This document shows positions 1 through 9,740 of a DNA stretch of 64,000 nucleotides, one piece after another. The stretch is from Candidatus Marinacidobacterales bacterium. Its GTDB lineage: Bacteria; Acidobacteriota; Vicinamibacteria; Marinacidobacterales; SMYC01. The notes below the pieces were generated by a model. It saw nothing but the letters and a program-made list of their open reading frames with translations. It made no database searches and had not been told where the DNA came from. The stretch spans positions 2,048,001 through 2,112,000 of the forward strand of contig CBDCYI010000005.1 of NCBI GenBank assembly GCA_965224085.1, written 5' to 3'. The position numbers and the translations under genes were made by a program. Position 1 is the stretch's first letter. Every line of letters starts with the position of its first letter.

Positions 1-1202
1 TTTCTTTCCCGATAAGTCGAAAGGCGATTAAAAAGATCGATGTTGTCCAGGATATGACCATTCGCCACGAAAATATCGAGAAGGCCGTCATTGTTGTAGT
101 CGAAGAAGAACGTGCCAAAGCCAAGAAAGTTGATGGAAGGCTCGGCCAGCCCGGTACTATATGACCGATCGATGAACACTCCGCCGGGTTGCCCCTGGTA
201 AAGAGCGTTGTACTCGAAGTCGAAGTTGGTAACGATAATATCTAACCAACCGTTCCCGTCATAGTCGCCGAAGTCGTTTCCCATGCCGGCTTGTGCTTGC
301 CCGTCTTCACTGTAGCCGATCCCGGCGCTAAGGGTCACGTCGGTGAATCGTCCTTGTCCTTCGTTACGATAGAGAAAGTTGCGCATAGTGTCGTTGGCCA
401 CGTGGAGATCGAGGTCGCCGTCGTTATCGTAGTCACCCCAGACGACACCCAAGCTCTTGCCTTCGTCCTTGACGTATACGCCCGCCGAGGCGGTGACCTC
501 GGTGAAGGTACCGTCGCCTCTGTTCCGGTACAGCAGGTTCGGGACAGGATCGTAAATCACCGGATGACAGTAAGCGCGGAGGTTTCTCGCCCGGTCGCCA
601 CAAAATTTGTGATTGCTCAGGCTGAAGTCCACGTAGCGGCATACGAAGAGGTCGACAAAGCCGTCGCCATCGAAATCCGCGAACGCCGCACTCGTGCTCC
701 AGGCACCCGCCTCGACTCCCGCGTAGGCCGTGACATCGGAGAAGGTACCGTCGCCGTTATTCCGATAGAGAACGTTGGCGCCGAAATTCGTCACGTAGAT
801 GTCGAGGTCCCCATCATTGTCGACGTCGGCGGCAGCCATTCCCATTCCAAAACCTGGCTCGCCCACGCCAGCCAAGGCGGTCACGTCTAAAAACGTGCCA
901 TCGTCGTTGTTGCGGTAGAGCACATTGGTGGGCGGTTTCTGCAGAAGCTCCGAGCCTGGAAGCGGCGCTCCATTTAACAAGTAGATATCCAGGTCCCCGT
1001 CTCCGTCATAGTCGAAAAAGCCTCCTCCGGAGCCCATGGTCTCCACCATGTACTTTTCATCTGTGGCGCCTTTGTAATGGATAAAATCGATTCCGACCTG
1101 CTGGGTCACGTCGACGAAAACTACCCGCTCCGGGTTCAGGGAGAAAAACAGTACTACCGCCCCGAGGGGGATCAACGCTTGCCCCGCCCCGAGCGCAATC
1201 AA
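1..1202 (-). CDS. CRTAC1/FG-GAP (ASPIC-UnbV-type) repeat protein, runs off the left edge
   Basis: Manual minus-strand translation gives VVFVDVTQQVGIDF...ETMGSGGGFFDYDGDGDLDIYLLNG...LYRNNDDGTF with repeated DxDxDG motifs. A TTG start overlaps the TPR gene stop. Absent from the ORF track because it has no stop in the window. Confidence 0.85.
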   Translation of the reverse strand, partial: MIALGAGQALIPLGAVVLFFSLNPERVVFVDVTQQVGIDFIHYKGATDEKYMVETMGSGGGFFDYDGDGDLDIYLLNGAPLPGSELLQKPPTNVLYRNNDDGTFLDVTALAGVGEPGFGMGMAAADVDNDGDLDIYVTNFGANVLYRNNGDGTFSDVTAYAGVEAGAWSTSAAFADFDGDGFVDLFVCRYVDFSLSNHKFCGDRARNLRAYCHPVIYDPVPNLLYRNRGDGTFTEVTASAGVYVKDEGKSLGVVWGDYDNDGDLDLHVANDTMRNFLYRNEGQGRFTDVTLSAGIGYSEDGQAQAGMGNDFGDYDGNGWLDIIVTNFDFEYNALYQGQPGGVFIDRSYSTGLAEPSINFLGFGTFFFDYNNDGLLDIFVANGHILDNIDLFNRLSTYRER

Positions 1203-2707
1203 CGCTTGCTCTCGCCCGCCGCCAGGAGAGCACGGTAATGTTCCATGGCTTCCTCGGCTTCGACGGTCTTCCCTAAAGCGCGGTAGGCCGCCGAGAGGTT
1301 GAGCTGGACTGAAGGGTTGGACGGCGAAAGCGACGCCTCCTTGAGAAAGCACCCGACCGCCTCGGCGTGGCGGCTTTCGTCGGCTGCCAGCACTCCGAGC
1401 AGCGACCATGCATCCGGTATCGCCGGATCGAGCTCGAGCGCGCGGCGAAGCTCGCTTTCGGCCTCCTCGCCTTTGCCTGTCCGCGCGGCAAAAAGCCCGG
1501 CGAGGAAATGGTACTCGCCGACCGTCGTCTCCTGATTAATAGCACGGGTTATATGCCTTTGAGCTTCATTCAAATTCCCGCTCGAATAGGCAATTTTTGC
1601 CAACGTGGCGTGAGCCTCGGCACTTTCCGGATCGAGCTCGAGAATCGACTCGAATTCTGCTCGAGCCTCTTGCACTTTGCCTTGTTCGAGCAGCTCACGC
1701 GCCGTTGTCGCGGATGCCATGATCCGGGCACGGCGCCGATCGGACTCCTGCGCATCCTTCTCAAGGCTGCGAAAACGCCGCTGGGCCTCTCCTGCTTCTA
1801 CCGCTCGCCCGAGGCGCCGGTAGATGTCGGCAAGAGCGAAATGTACTTGCGGCGAGCTCGGGTGATCGTTGGCAACTTGCTGGAGCTCCGCCAGACTTTC
1901 TTCAAGATGCCCTTGCCTTGCCAGGATACGACCCAAGAGGAGCCGTGCCGGCTCATGCTGCGAGTCGACCTCGAGCGCTTTGCGCAAATATCTCACCGCC
2001 TCTCCACGCTCTTCCGAGTTACGGCTTAGCCCTTCGCCAATGCGAAAGAAGAGATCGGGGGGGACGTTTCTTACAGTGAGGCCCGCTTTCCAAACGGTGA
2101 TGGCCTCTTCGTACCGCTTGGCCCCGGCGAGCTGCTCCCCCAGGAGCAAACGCGCGTCCAGGTCTTCGGGTCGAAGCTCGATATAGTGCTTCAGTGTTGA
2201 CGTGGCTTTATCGGTGGCGCCCTGTGCCTGCTCCACCGCCGCCAGAATCTCGAGCGCCTCGGGTAGAGGAGGAGGGCCCGCCGCTTTCTCTAGAATCGCC
2301 GCCGCCTCTTCCAACCGGCTGGCCCAATAAAGCGACTCACCCAGGGCGAGAAGAATCTCCTGCTCCTCGGGCGCCAGGTTGGCCGCTTTGCGAAAAGCCT
2401 CGAGGGCCTCGGTCGAAAGCCCTAGTTTTTCCAGAATCATTCCTATGTTGTAGTGAACGTAGGCGTTTTCAGGAGCCAGAAAAGCCGCGGAGCGAAATAC
2501 CTGGAGAGCCTCGAGGTCTTTTCCTTGGTTGAAAAGCTCGACGCCCCGGCGGAAGGGCTCGTCGATCTGCACCTGCGGCTCGGTAAACCCGGTCGCCGCG
2601 ACCCACGCTATCGCCGCGACGGACACGGCGCTTCGCGCACGCCGGCCCCAGGAGCAACGACTCCTTTCAACGATCTGATTTCCATTTCGGCACTCTTTTT
2701 CACACAA
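1199..2707 (-). CDS. Tetratricopeptide repeat protein with N-terminal signal/anchor
   Basis: Many TPR-like helical repeats (A..F..A..L.P); hydrophobic N-terminal segment. Confidence 0.85.
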   Translation of the reverse strand: MCEKECRNGNQIVERSRCSWGRRARSAVSVAAIAWVAATGFTEPQVQIDEPFRRGVELFNQGKDLEALQVFRSAAFLAPENAYVHYNIGMILEKLGLSTEALEAFRKAANLAPEEQEILLALGESLYWASRLEEAAAILEKAAGPPPLPEALEILAAVEQAQGATDKATSTLKHYIELRPEDLDARLLLGEQLAGAKRYEEAITVWKAGLTVRNVPPDLFFRIGEGLSRNSEERGEAVRYLRKALEVDSQHEPARLLLGRILARQGHLEESLAELQQVANDHPSSPQVHFALADIYRRLGRAVEAGEAQRRFRSLEKDAQESDRRRARIMASATTARELLEQGKVQEARAEFESILELDPESAEAHATLAKIAYSSGNLNEAQRHITRAINQETTVGEYHFLAGLFAARTGKGEEAESELRRALELDPAIPDAWSLLGVLAADESRHAEAVGCFLKEASLSPSNPSVQLNLSAAYRALGKTVEAEEAMEHYRALLAAGESKR

Positions 2708-2927
2708 AGACGGACCTCCTTATCCGCCGGGCGTCCGGCCGCTCTTGAAGCGATCGGGAGCTCGAGCGAAACGGATCAGTGCGTGAGCTTCTCCATTGCG
2801 CGGTCCAAAGTAGCAAACGGCTCGTGCCGGGATCAACTTAAGCTCTTTCTACCGTGCAGTCAAAGCATCATTGTATCGAACCGGCGCCGGCGGTTGGTCA
2901 GGCCGTGGTTGGGACGCCGCGTTGTTC

Positions 2928-2955
2928 TTGACAACGATGGGGGCGATGGTATAAA
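2928..2955 (+). promoter_or_regulatory. Sigma70-like promoter for TonB-dependent receptor 1
   Basis: TTGACA-16 nt-TATAAA with an extended -10 TG. A near-identical element lies upstream of the paralog at 31522-31548. Confidence 0.65.
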
Positions 2956-3107
2956 CAGAGCAAGTTGCAGACTACTCGCGCAATTACGAGGGCTTACCCA
3001 TACGTTAATTTCTGGCCGCGGGAGGGTGCTGAGGCTTTTTACAAGCGCCGAACTTTCGATCGCGGAGACGGTATCCAGGTTTTCCCGTCAGATTGAAGGA
3101 GAGACAG

Positions 3108-5945
3108 ATGTTTAGTAGGTCATTCAAGTACTTGGTTAAATTCGTCCCCTTCATCCTGTTGCTTTTGGGAGCAGGCAGCGTCCTTGCGCAGAATGTCACC
3201 GGGACTCTCTATGGGAAGGTAATGGATGAATCTGGCCTTCTGGTACCTGGCGTCACCGTGACCGTGAGCAGCCCGCAGCTCATCCAAGGTGTCGAAGTTC
3301 GTGTCACGACAGCCACGGGAACCTATCGCGTTCCCAACCTCCCTCCCGGCACCTATTCGGTGAAGGCCGAGCTTTCGGGATTCCAAACCGTGACTCGCGA
3401 GGCCATCGTGCTGCTCACCGGCGCGTCACTGGCGATCGACTTTATGCTGAAACTGACGCCCGTTGCAGAGACCATCACGGTCACCGGCGAGTCACCCCTC
3501 GTCGACGTGAAGAGCACGAACCTGACCCGTCACATTGATAGCGACGTGGTGGAAAACATCCCTGTCGCCCGAAACTTCGCCGCTCTCCTCGAGACCGCCC
3601 CCGGCATCCTTGATAGCGAATATGGTTTCTCGCCCGCCCAAACCGTGCACGGCAGCTCGGTCCGAGACAACGTGTATAACTTGGATGGGGCCAACGCGAA
3701 CGACAACGCCGTGGGCTACATGTTCTCTGACATACCCTACGACATCATCGAGGAGGTCCAGATCACGAGCGGCGGAATCTCTGCCGAGTACGGGCAGGCC
3801 GCCGGCGCCGTCTTCAGTTTCATCACCAAGTCGGGCGGAAACGACTTCAGTGGCGGCGGGAACTTCTTCATCGTCAACGAAGACCTCCAAGGGAACAACC
3901 TCACCGACGAGCTGAGGGCACAGGTGCCGCAGGGAACGGAGGAAATAAAGAATCTGGATTTCGGAGTCTACGGGGGCGGCCCGGTGATAAAAGACAGGAT
4001 CTGGTTCTTTGGCAACCTTCGGCGGCTCGATATCGAGCGGACGCAGCCGGACTTCACCGCGCAAAACCCGACCATCACGGAAAACCAGTATTTCATCAAG
4101 GGTACCGCGCAGGTCAATCCCAGCAACAAGATCCAAGGCTCATACACGCAGCGAGATTTCAACCTTTTCCCCGGAAACGCCGGCTTCGCAAGGAATGACA
4201 ACCCGGAGACCTGGTCCAACAGCTTTCGGCCTTTCAAGGTCGCCTATCTGACCTGGACGAGCCTTCTCACCGAGAACACTTTTCTCGACGCGAGCTACAG
4301 CATCAACACGGCGCGGTTCAATACCACCTATGATAATTTCGAGGTGGGTTACTTCGACATTGCCACCGGAAAACACTCCGGTGGGATAACCGGCCCAATC
4401 GGCCCAACCCTCAACCGGGACACGAATTATCTGAGGGCGAGCGTGTCGACCTTTCAAGATGCGTGGGGGGGACGCTCGCACAACCTCAAGGTAGGCGTGG
4501 ATTACGCCTACGTTCCCTTCGCATGGACCCGGACACTCCCCGGCGACATGGTCCACCGCTTGAACAACGGCAGAGCCCACCGCATACGTTTGTACAACAC
4601 CCCGCTTGGATTTCTGGGACTCAACGTGACCCGCTGGGCGGGATATGTTCAGGATGAATGGACGCTCAACGATCGGGTGACGCTCAACCTCGGTGTCCGG
4701 CTCGAGTCGAACGAAGGCTGGGCGCCGGAGCAGCACGGCGGCGGCGGGCGATGGTTCCCGCGGGTCGACTTCGCGGAGGTGCGCGACCAAATGAAGTGGT
4801 TCAATACGGCCCCTCGGCTAGGGTTGATCTGGGATGCGACCGGCGACCAAAGGACTTCGGTCAAGTTCAGCTACTCCCGATACTATCAAGCGGCGCTCAG
4901 TCAGCATGTTTTCAACGGCGTCCGAAACGGGACCTCTTTCCAGGAGTATGACTGGATCGACCGCAACGGCGATCTCTTCTTCCAGGATGGCGAACAGGGA
5001 GCGCTCCGGTCGGATCTCCGTGCCAACACGAACATCTTCGACCCCGACCTGAAACAACCGTACGTGGATGAGTTCTATGTGGGAGTGGATTGGCAGGTAA
5101 AGAACAACGTCTCCCTGTCCGTGGCGGGGATCGTCAAGCGTGAGCGGAACCTCATGGAGACGATCGACCTTTCGAAGCCGTTTTCCGAGGCCTATAACCC
5201 CGTTAGCGTCACCAACCCGATCGATGGCCAGGCCATGACGATTTTTGCTTTGGATCCTGCCTTCCAGGGCGTTCAGCGCATCCGGACTCTCACCAATCCC
5301 ACCGATCCGATCACTCTCGTGCGGGACTACAAAGGGATCGATCTCGTCCTGCGGAAAAGGATGAGCGATGGATGGCAGTTTGAAGGATCGCTCGTTTTGA
5401 GCCGCTCGGAGGGAAATACTGGAAACAGCTTTGGAGCTAGCACCGGCGGCCGCCCCCTTTACGACAATCCCAATACTCTGATCAACATCGACGGTCCTCT
5501 CGACTTGGATACCCCCGTTCAGCTCAAATTCGCGGGAACCTATATCGCACCTTACGACATTTTGTTTAGCGCCTTCTACAGTGGGATCTCCGGCTTCCCC
5601 ATCAAACCACCGTCGGGTTTTCCGACGGATGTCCTCGGGGCCTATACCGTTCGCTTCACCCCCGCTGACAACCCTGGGATCGTTACGGAGAGCTTCATCG
5701 ATGTGGCGGGTCAGCCACGCGGCACCAACCGGACCGATTTCCGACACAAGCTGTCCTTCCGCGCCGAAAAGGAGTTCGTGATGGGTACCTGGAGGCTCGG
5801 GTTCATCGCGGACGTTTTCAACCTCTTCAACATCAGTACGGTCACGGCGGTACAGACCCTTCGGTTCGACCATCCGAATTTCCTGAAGCCGGCTATCATC
5901 GAGCTACCTCGCACCTTGCGGCTAGGCATTCGCATAAACTATTGA
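3108..5945 (+). CDS. TonB-dependent receptor with N-terminal carboxypeptidase-regulatory-like domain (TBDR1)
   Basis: Signal peptide; G.V.D.SG..VPGVTVT domain; plug motifs (ETITVTGESPLVD, SAEYG, ITKSGGN); QDEW strand; aromatic C-terminus (LRLGIRINY); RBS GAAGGAGA before ATG 3108. Confidence 0.92.
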   Translation: MFSRSFKYLVKFVPFILLLLGAGSVLAQNVTGTLYGKVMDESGLLVPGVTVTVSSPQLIQGVEVRVTTATGTYRVPNLPPGTYSVKAELSGFQTVTREAIVLLTGASLAIDFMLKLTPVAETITVTGESPLVDVKSTNLTRHIDSDVVENIPVARNFAALLETAPGILDSEYGFSPAQTVHGSSVRDNVYNLDGANANDNAVGYMFSDIPYDIIEEVQITSGGISAEYGQAAGAVFSFITKSGGNDFSGGGNFFIVNEDLQGNNLTDELRAQVPQGTEEIKNLDFGVYGGGPVIKDRIWFFGNLRRLDIERTQPDFTAQNPTITENQYFIKGTAQVNPSNKIQGSYTQRDFNLFPGNAGFARNDNPETWSNSFRPFKVAYLTWTSLLTENTFLDASYSINTARFNTTYDNFEVGYFDIATGKHSGGITGPIGPTLNRDTNYLRASVSTFQDAWGGRSHNLKVGVDYAYVPFAWTRTLPGDMVHRLNNGRAHRIRLYNTPLGFLGLNVTRWAGYVQDEWTLNDRVTLNLGVRLESNEGWAPEQHGGGGRWFPRVDFAEVRDQMKWFNTAPRLGLIWDATGDQRTSVKFSYSRYYQAALSQHVFNGVRNGTSFQEYDWIDRNGDLFFQDGEQGALRSDLRANTNIFDPDLKQPYVDEFYVGVDWQVKNNVSLSVAGIVKRERNLMETIDLSKPFSEAYNPVSVTNPIDGQAMTIFALDPAFQGVQRIRTLTNPTDPITLVRDYKGIDLVLRKRMSDGWQFEGSLVLSRSEGNTGNSFGASTGGRPLYDNPNTLINIDGPLDLDTPVQLKFAGTYIAPYDILFSAFYSGISGFPIKPPSGFPTDVLGAYTVRFTPADNPGIVTESFIDVAGQPRGTNRTDFRHKLSFRAEKEFVMGTWRLGFIADVFNLFNISTVTAVQTLRFDHPNFLKPAIIELPRTLRLGIRINY

Positions 5946-6177
5946 CGGCTGAATGGAATCGCTTGATTGTGGGTGAACCGAACCGGACCTGCGGGCGGAG
6001 CGTGCCGATCGAGTCGCGAATCCGCCCTCGCCGTTCGAGAAGGAGATAACGGCCAGGCGTATCAAGCTGTAAGATCTCGGGCTGACGGCCGACTTGACGC
6101 CGATCGTTTGTGAACGATCCGACGAGTGATTTGCACCGGGTGACCACTTCGCGACGGTTCGTCTCTACCGCCGGTTT

Positions 6178-6342
6178 CTAGTCCCCTGGAACAGAGGTTC
6201 GTGGCCTAAAGCTCGAGGTCATTTTGTGGGCTGGCAAGGCGTGACGACGAAGTCATATTGGGATATTTTGAGGAGAAACAACGCAGCCAGCGCGCAAAAG
6301 GGCCCGCGATTTAGGTTACGAATCTCTGTTCCAGGGGACTAG
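6178..6342. repeat. CTAG-bounded long-hairpin element (MITE-like), copy A
   Basis: ctagtcccctggaacagag...ctctgttccaggggactag terminal inverted repeat, extending imperfectly for ~55 bp. Near-identical copy at 17975-18194. Confidence 0.85.
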
Positions 6343-6552
6343 CGTCCTGTATCCGTATCAGTGGTTCGTTGCATAAAACTCGAGGCCGTTTGGTGTGTTG
6401 GCGCGGCGTGGCGACGAAGTCATATCTGGATATTTCGAGCCGCTTTCCGCAGCGAGCCTGTCGAGCGGAGGCCGAACGCAATAATGTGCAACGAAGCCAG
6501 CGCGCGAAAGGGGCCGAGATTTATGTGACGTACTACTGAGACAGGGCACTAG
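6339..6552. repeat. CTAG-bounded long-hairpin element (MITE-like), divergent copy B
   Basis: Shares a CTAG with copy A and the core ggcgtg.cgacgaagtcatat..ggatattt.gag. Arms cagtggttcgttgcataaa and tttatgtgacgtactactg pair. Confidence 0.75.
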
Positions 6553-6566
6553 CGTTGGAGGATATT

Positions 6567-8210
6567 ATGGGAAAGCGATGCAAGGTCGCCACCCCTTTCA
6601 TAGTCGGAGTTCTTTTAGGAACCGTCCCCATGTGGAGTGGCGGAGCATTCGCGGAATCTTCCGGGTTTGTGGCCATCAATGTCGAAGAGATACGACTCGC
6701 CAACGGTTTTCGAGTCCTTCTCGTCGAGGATCATCGAGTTCCTCGCGTCGCCGCAAGCCTGTGGTACCGCTTGGGCGCCATTCGCGAATTGAGTGGTGAG
6801 CACGGCTCGACGCACTTCCTCGAGCACGCGGTGCATCAAGGGACCACCACCGTAGGCACCCGCAACTTCGAGGCGGAGAAACCAATCCTAAGGGAAATCC
6901 ACGAGACCGAGCAGAAGCTCGTGGAAGTCTGGAATCGAGAGCGCAACCGTCTTCGGGAACGGAATGTCTTCTATGACGAGCTTGACTGGCCGACGACACC
7001 CGAGATGGACAGCCTGCGGCAACGGCTCTACGAGCTCGAAGACCAGGACTCTCAATACCGCGAGTTCTGGGCCGAGTACAACTGGTATCGGCGCTACGGC
7101 GCCATCGCCCACGCCGATCCGGTGCCCGCGACGACGTGGAAAGAATATCTGGAAATCGATATCGACCTGCCGAAGGAGGCGATCGAGCTTTTGTTCCGCC
7201 TGGAGGCCGACCGGATGGTCAATGCGGTTCTACGAGGATGGGAGGCCCAGCGCTTTACCGTGCTGGAGCAGATTCTCAACCGACACGTGCTGCCAGAGAC
7301 GGGGCGCTTCTCAGAAGCGATCGATGGCGTCACCGGCCTGGCACACCCGGCGTACAACTCGGCCCAAGGGCATTTCCGGGATTTCGCCTACTACAATCGC
7401 ACCAGCATGCTGCGCGTCTACGACGACTACTTCGTGCCGAGCAATGCGACTCTCGCCTTGGTCGGAGACATCGCGCCCGGTGAGGCTCGCACTCTCGCCG
7501 AACGATATTTCGGCCAGCTCGCCCGAGGAGCGGAGTCACCGGCTCTCATGGATGTCGAAGCGGAACCGGTCCCGGGAGGCGCGGTGCGGCTCGACTGGCT
7601 AGAGCCCATGGACCCTCGGGTGATCCTTCGTTATCGCGTACCCGGGGTTGGTCACCCGGAAAGGCCGGTGTTCGACACCATCGCAGCCCTTACCCGTGGC
7701 CGTCACGGCCTCTTTGCGGCAAGTCTCGCGCGCAAGCCGGGCTCTCCTACGAACGTGGATTTCCAGGCTGCCCCGACACGCCTGGGATCCACTAACGTCA
7801 TCGATTTCATCGCGAAAGCGCGCCGCGACGAAGACGTTCCCGGCCTCGAAGAGACCCTGCTCGCGGTGCTGGACGACCTGCAAAAAAAACGCATCGACGC
7901 GAAGGCCCTGGAGCGAGCGCGGAAAGCCTTGCGCTTGGAGTGGGACCGGACTCGATCGGAGCGGAGAGAGCTCGCCAAAGCGCTCGGCCAATTTCAGGTG
8001 ATGGATAGCTGGGAAACGCTTCAGACCTTTATGGAAGCTCGGCTGAGCGCATCGGTCGAAGACATTCAACGAGCGGCGCGGCGATATTTTGTGCCTTCGA
8101 ACCGCGTCATCGTCATCGCGCGAGAGAGACCGCTTTCGCACGAGCGACCCGGCTCGCGCGCGACGACCTCGATGGCCCCAATGGCCTCAATGGAAGGAAA
8201 CGAGCCATGA
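6567..8210 (+). CDS. M16 (pitrilysin/insulinase) family protein, HxxEH subunit 1
   Basis: L.NG.RVLLVEDHRVP, GEHGSTHFLEH, YFVPSNATLALVGD; signal peptide; RBS GGAGG. Confidence 0.9.
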   Translation: MGKRCKVATPFIVGVLLGTVPMWSGGAFAESSGFVAINVEEIRLANGFRVLLVEDHRVPRVAASLWYRLGAIRELSGEHGSTHFLEHAVHQGTTTVGTRNFEAEKPILREIHETEQKLVEVWNRERNRLRERNVFYDELDWPTTPEMDSLRQRLYELEDQDSQYREFWAEYNWYRRYGAIAHADPVPATTWKEYLEIDIDLPKEAIELLFRLEADRMVNAVLRGWEAQRFTVLEQILNRHVLPETGRFSEAIDGVTGLAHPAYNSAQGHFRDFAYYNRTSMLRVYDDYFVPSNATLALVGDIAPGEARTLAERYFGQLARGAESPALMDVEAEPVPGGAVRLDWLEPMDPRVILRYRVPGVGHPERPVFDTIAALTRGRHGLFAASLARKPGSPTNVDFQAAPTRLGSTNVIDFIAKARRDEDVPGLEETLLAVLDDLQKKRIDAKALERARKALRLEWDRTRSERRELAKALGQFQVMDSWETLQTFMEARLSASVEDIQRAARRYFVPSNRVIVIARERPLSHERPGSRATTSMAPMASMEGNEP

Positions 8211-9706
8211 AAATGGAAAGAGAGAAAATTTACCGGGCTCTGGTGCCGATGGCGGCACTCACTCTGGCCACCGCTCTTTCGCTGGCGGGCTGTGCTGGCG
8301 GATCGAATGGCGAAGAGGAGATATTACCAGGGCGCTCTCGTCCTTTGTTGGAGCACGACTGGCCTCATCCTCGTGACTTTGAGTTTGCCCCCAGCACTTT
8401 CACACCGCCAGATGCTGCTGGAGCTTTGGTGAACACGACGACGGGCCTTCGCGCTTACATCATCCCTGATGCATCGGACCCGCTGGTGCGAGTTACCGCG
8501 GCGGTGCCGTTGGGCCGACTCTATGAGCAGTCGGGCGAAGCCGGAGCTTCGAGGCTCTTGACGGAGCTTTTGACTCGTCACGGCCCGGCTGATCCAAACC
8601 GGCCTCTTTCGCTGCGCCTGGAGTCCCTGGGAACGGCTCTCCAGATGGAGGAGGATCTCGACGTGACGCAGATCTCAGTAGAGGTGCTGGCCGAGGACTG
8701 GCAGGAAGGACTGGCCGTGCTGATCGATGTCCTCCGGCGCCCTGACTTCGAAAATAGCGTTCTCCGTCACTATCGTACCGGTCCCGGGTACTCGACCCCT
8801 ACTTCGCGTGCTTCGGGAAGTGGATTCCAGCCTAAAGTGGAGCTCGAGAGAATTCTCGCTGGCTACCCGCTCGCGCCGGCCGATCCAGGCCTATCGGTGA
8901 CGAGCCAAGCGCTACGCGCCCTGGCGGGGCGTACGCTGCGGCCAAACAGGGTCGTCCTCGGCGTTTCAGGCAACGTGCCGAGGGCCGAGGTGGAGGCAGC
9001 GTTGAACAAGTTAAGCGAAGGCTGGGACACCACAGAAGAGCCGCTCCGAGTCGCCGAGCTGACCGGAGAAGCAAGAGTCCAAGAAAAGCTCCACACCATT
9101 GATGTGCCAAGCCTCGAGGGCTGGATTGCCACCGGCCGCCCGGTAGGGCCGGTTCCCGAATCGGAGCGGGCCGCTGTCGCGGTGATGGCTCACATCCTCG
9201 GGACGCGCCTCAACATTGCCGTCCGCGAGATCCGCGGGCTTGCCAATCACACCGTTTTCGTGCTCCCGGACACGGCGAGCGGAGCCGGTCTCTGGCATGT
9301 GAGAACGGGCGGTCGCACGGAGGCTGTGGCACCTCTCGTCAAGTTCTGCTGGGAAGAAATCGAGAAAATGCACCAACCTACCGAGCCCATCACCGAGGAC
9401 GAGATCGAACAGGCCAAGGGCGCGTTGGTGCTGAGTAGCTGGCAGGCAGCTCTCGACGGCGCCCGGCAGGCGAGCGCGACTTACGCGGTGGAAACTGTAC
9501 GGCGCGGGGCTTTGGACGCACTGCTTCAGTGGCCCGAAGCCGTTAGAGCGGTCACGGTCCAGCAGGTCAAGGAGGTTGCGCAAAAGTACCTGAGCGCGGA
9601 AGAGATGGTTACGGTTGTCGTCGGTCCAATCGATAAAATCCGAGAGGCACGTCACCCCCGATGGCCCGTCGATTTGAGCGCGCTTGAATCGACTCCCACG
9701 TCTTGA
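8207..9706 (+). CDS. M16 family non-catalytic partner subunit, predicted lipoprotein
   Basis: Lipobox SLAGC; M16 fold motifs (REIRGLA, VT.QQVK.VAQKYL...MVTVVVGP); no HxxEH; ATGA overlap with upstream gene. Confidence 0.85.
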   Translation: MKMEREKIYRALVPMAALTLATALSLAGCAGGSNGEEEILPGRSRPLLEHDWPHPRDFEFAPSTFTPPDAAGALVNTTTGLRAYIIPDASDPLVRVTAAVPLGRLYEQSGEAGASRLLTELLTRHGPADPNRPLSLRLESLGTALQMEEDLDVTQISVEVLAEDWQEGLAVLIDVLRRPDFENSVLRHYRTGPGYSTPTSRASGSGFQPKVELERILAGYPLAPADPGLSVTSQALRALAGRTLRPNRVVLGVSGNVPRAEVEAALNKLSEGWDTTEEPLRVAELTGEARVQEKLHTIDVPSLEGWIATGRPVGPVPESERAAVAVMAHILGTRLNIAVREIRGLANHTVFVLPDTASGAGLWHVRTGGRTEAVAPLVKFCWEEIEKMHQPTEPITEDEIEQAKGALVLSSWQAALDGARQASATYAVETVRRGALDALLQWPEAVRAVTVQQVKEVAQKYLSAEEMVTVVVGPIDKIREARHPRWPVDLSALESTPTS

Positions 9707-9740
9707 CGAGCGCTCGAAGCTGAACCGCGGAGGCAACGCA

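Noticed and set aside
291-890. 199-aa plus-strand ORF and similar long ORFs (37681-39546, 41604-42920, 28751-30121, 9609-10862, 25163-26338)
   Set aside because: Antisense shadows of well-supported genes on the opposite strand, common in GC-rich DNA.
6178-6552. CRISPR array or tRNA in the intergenic repeats
   Set aside because: No short direct repeats with regular spacers, no cas genes and no cloverleaf. The repeats are long inverted arms.
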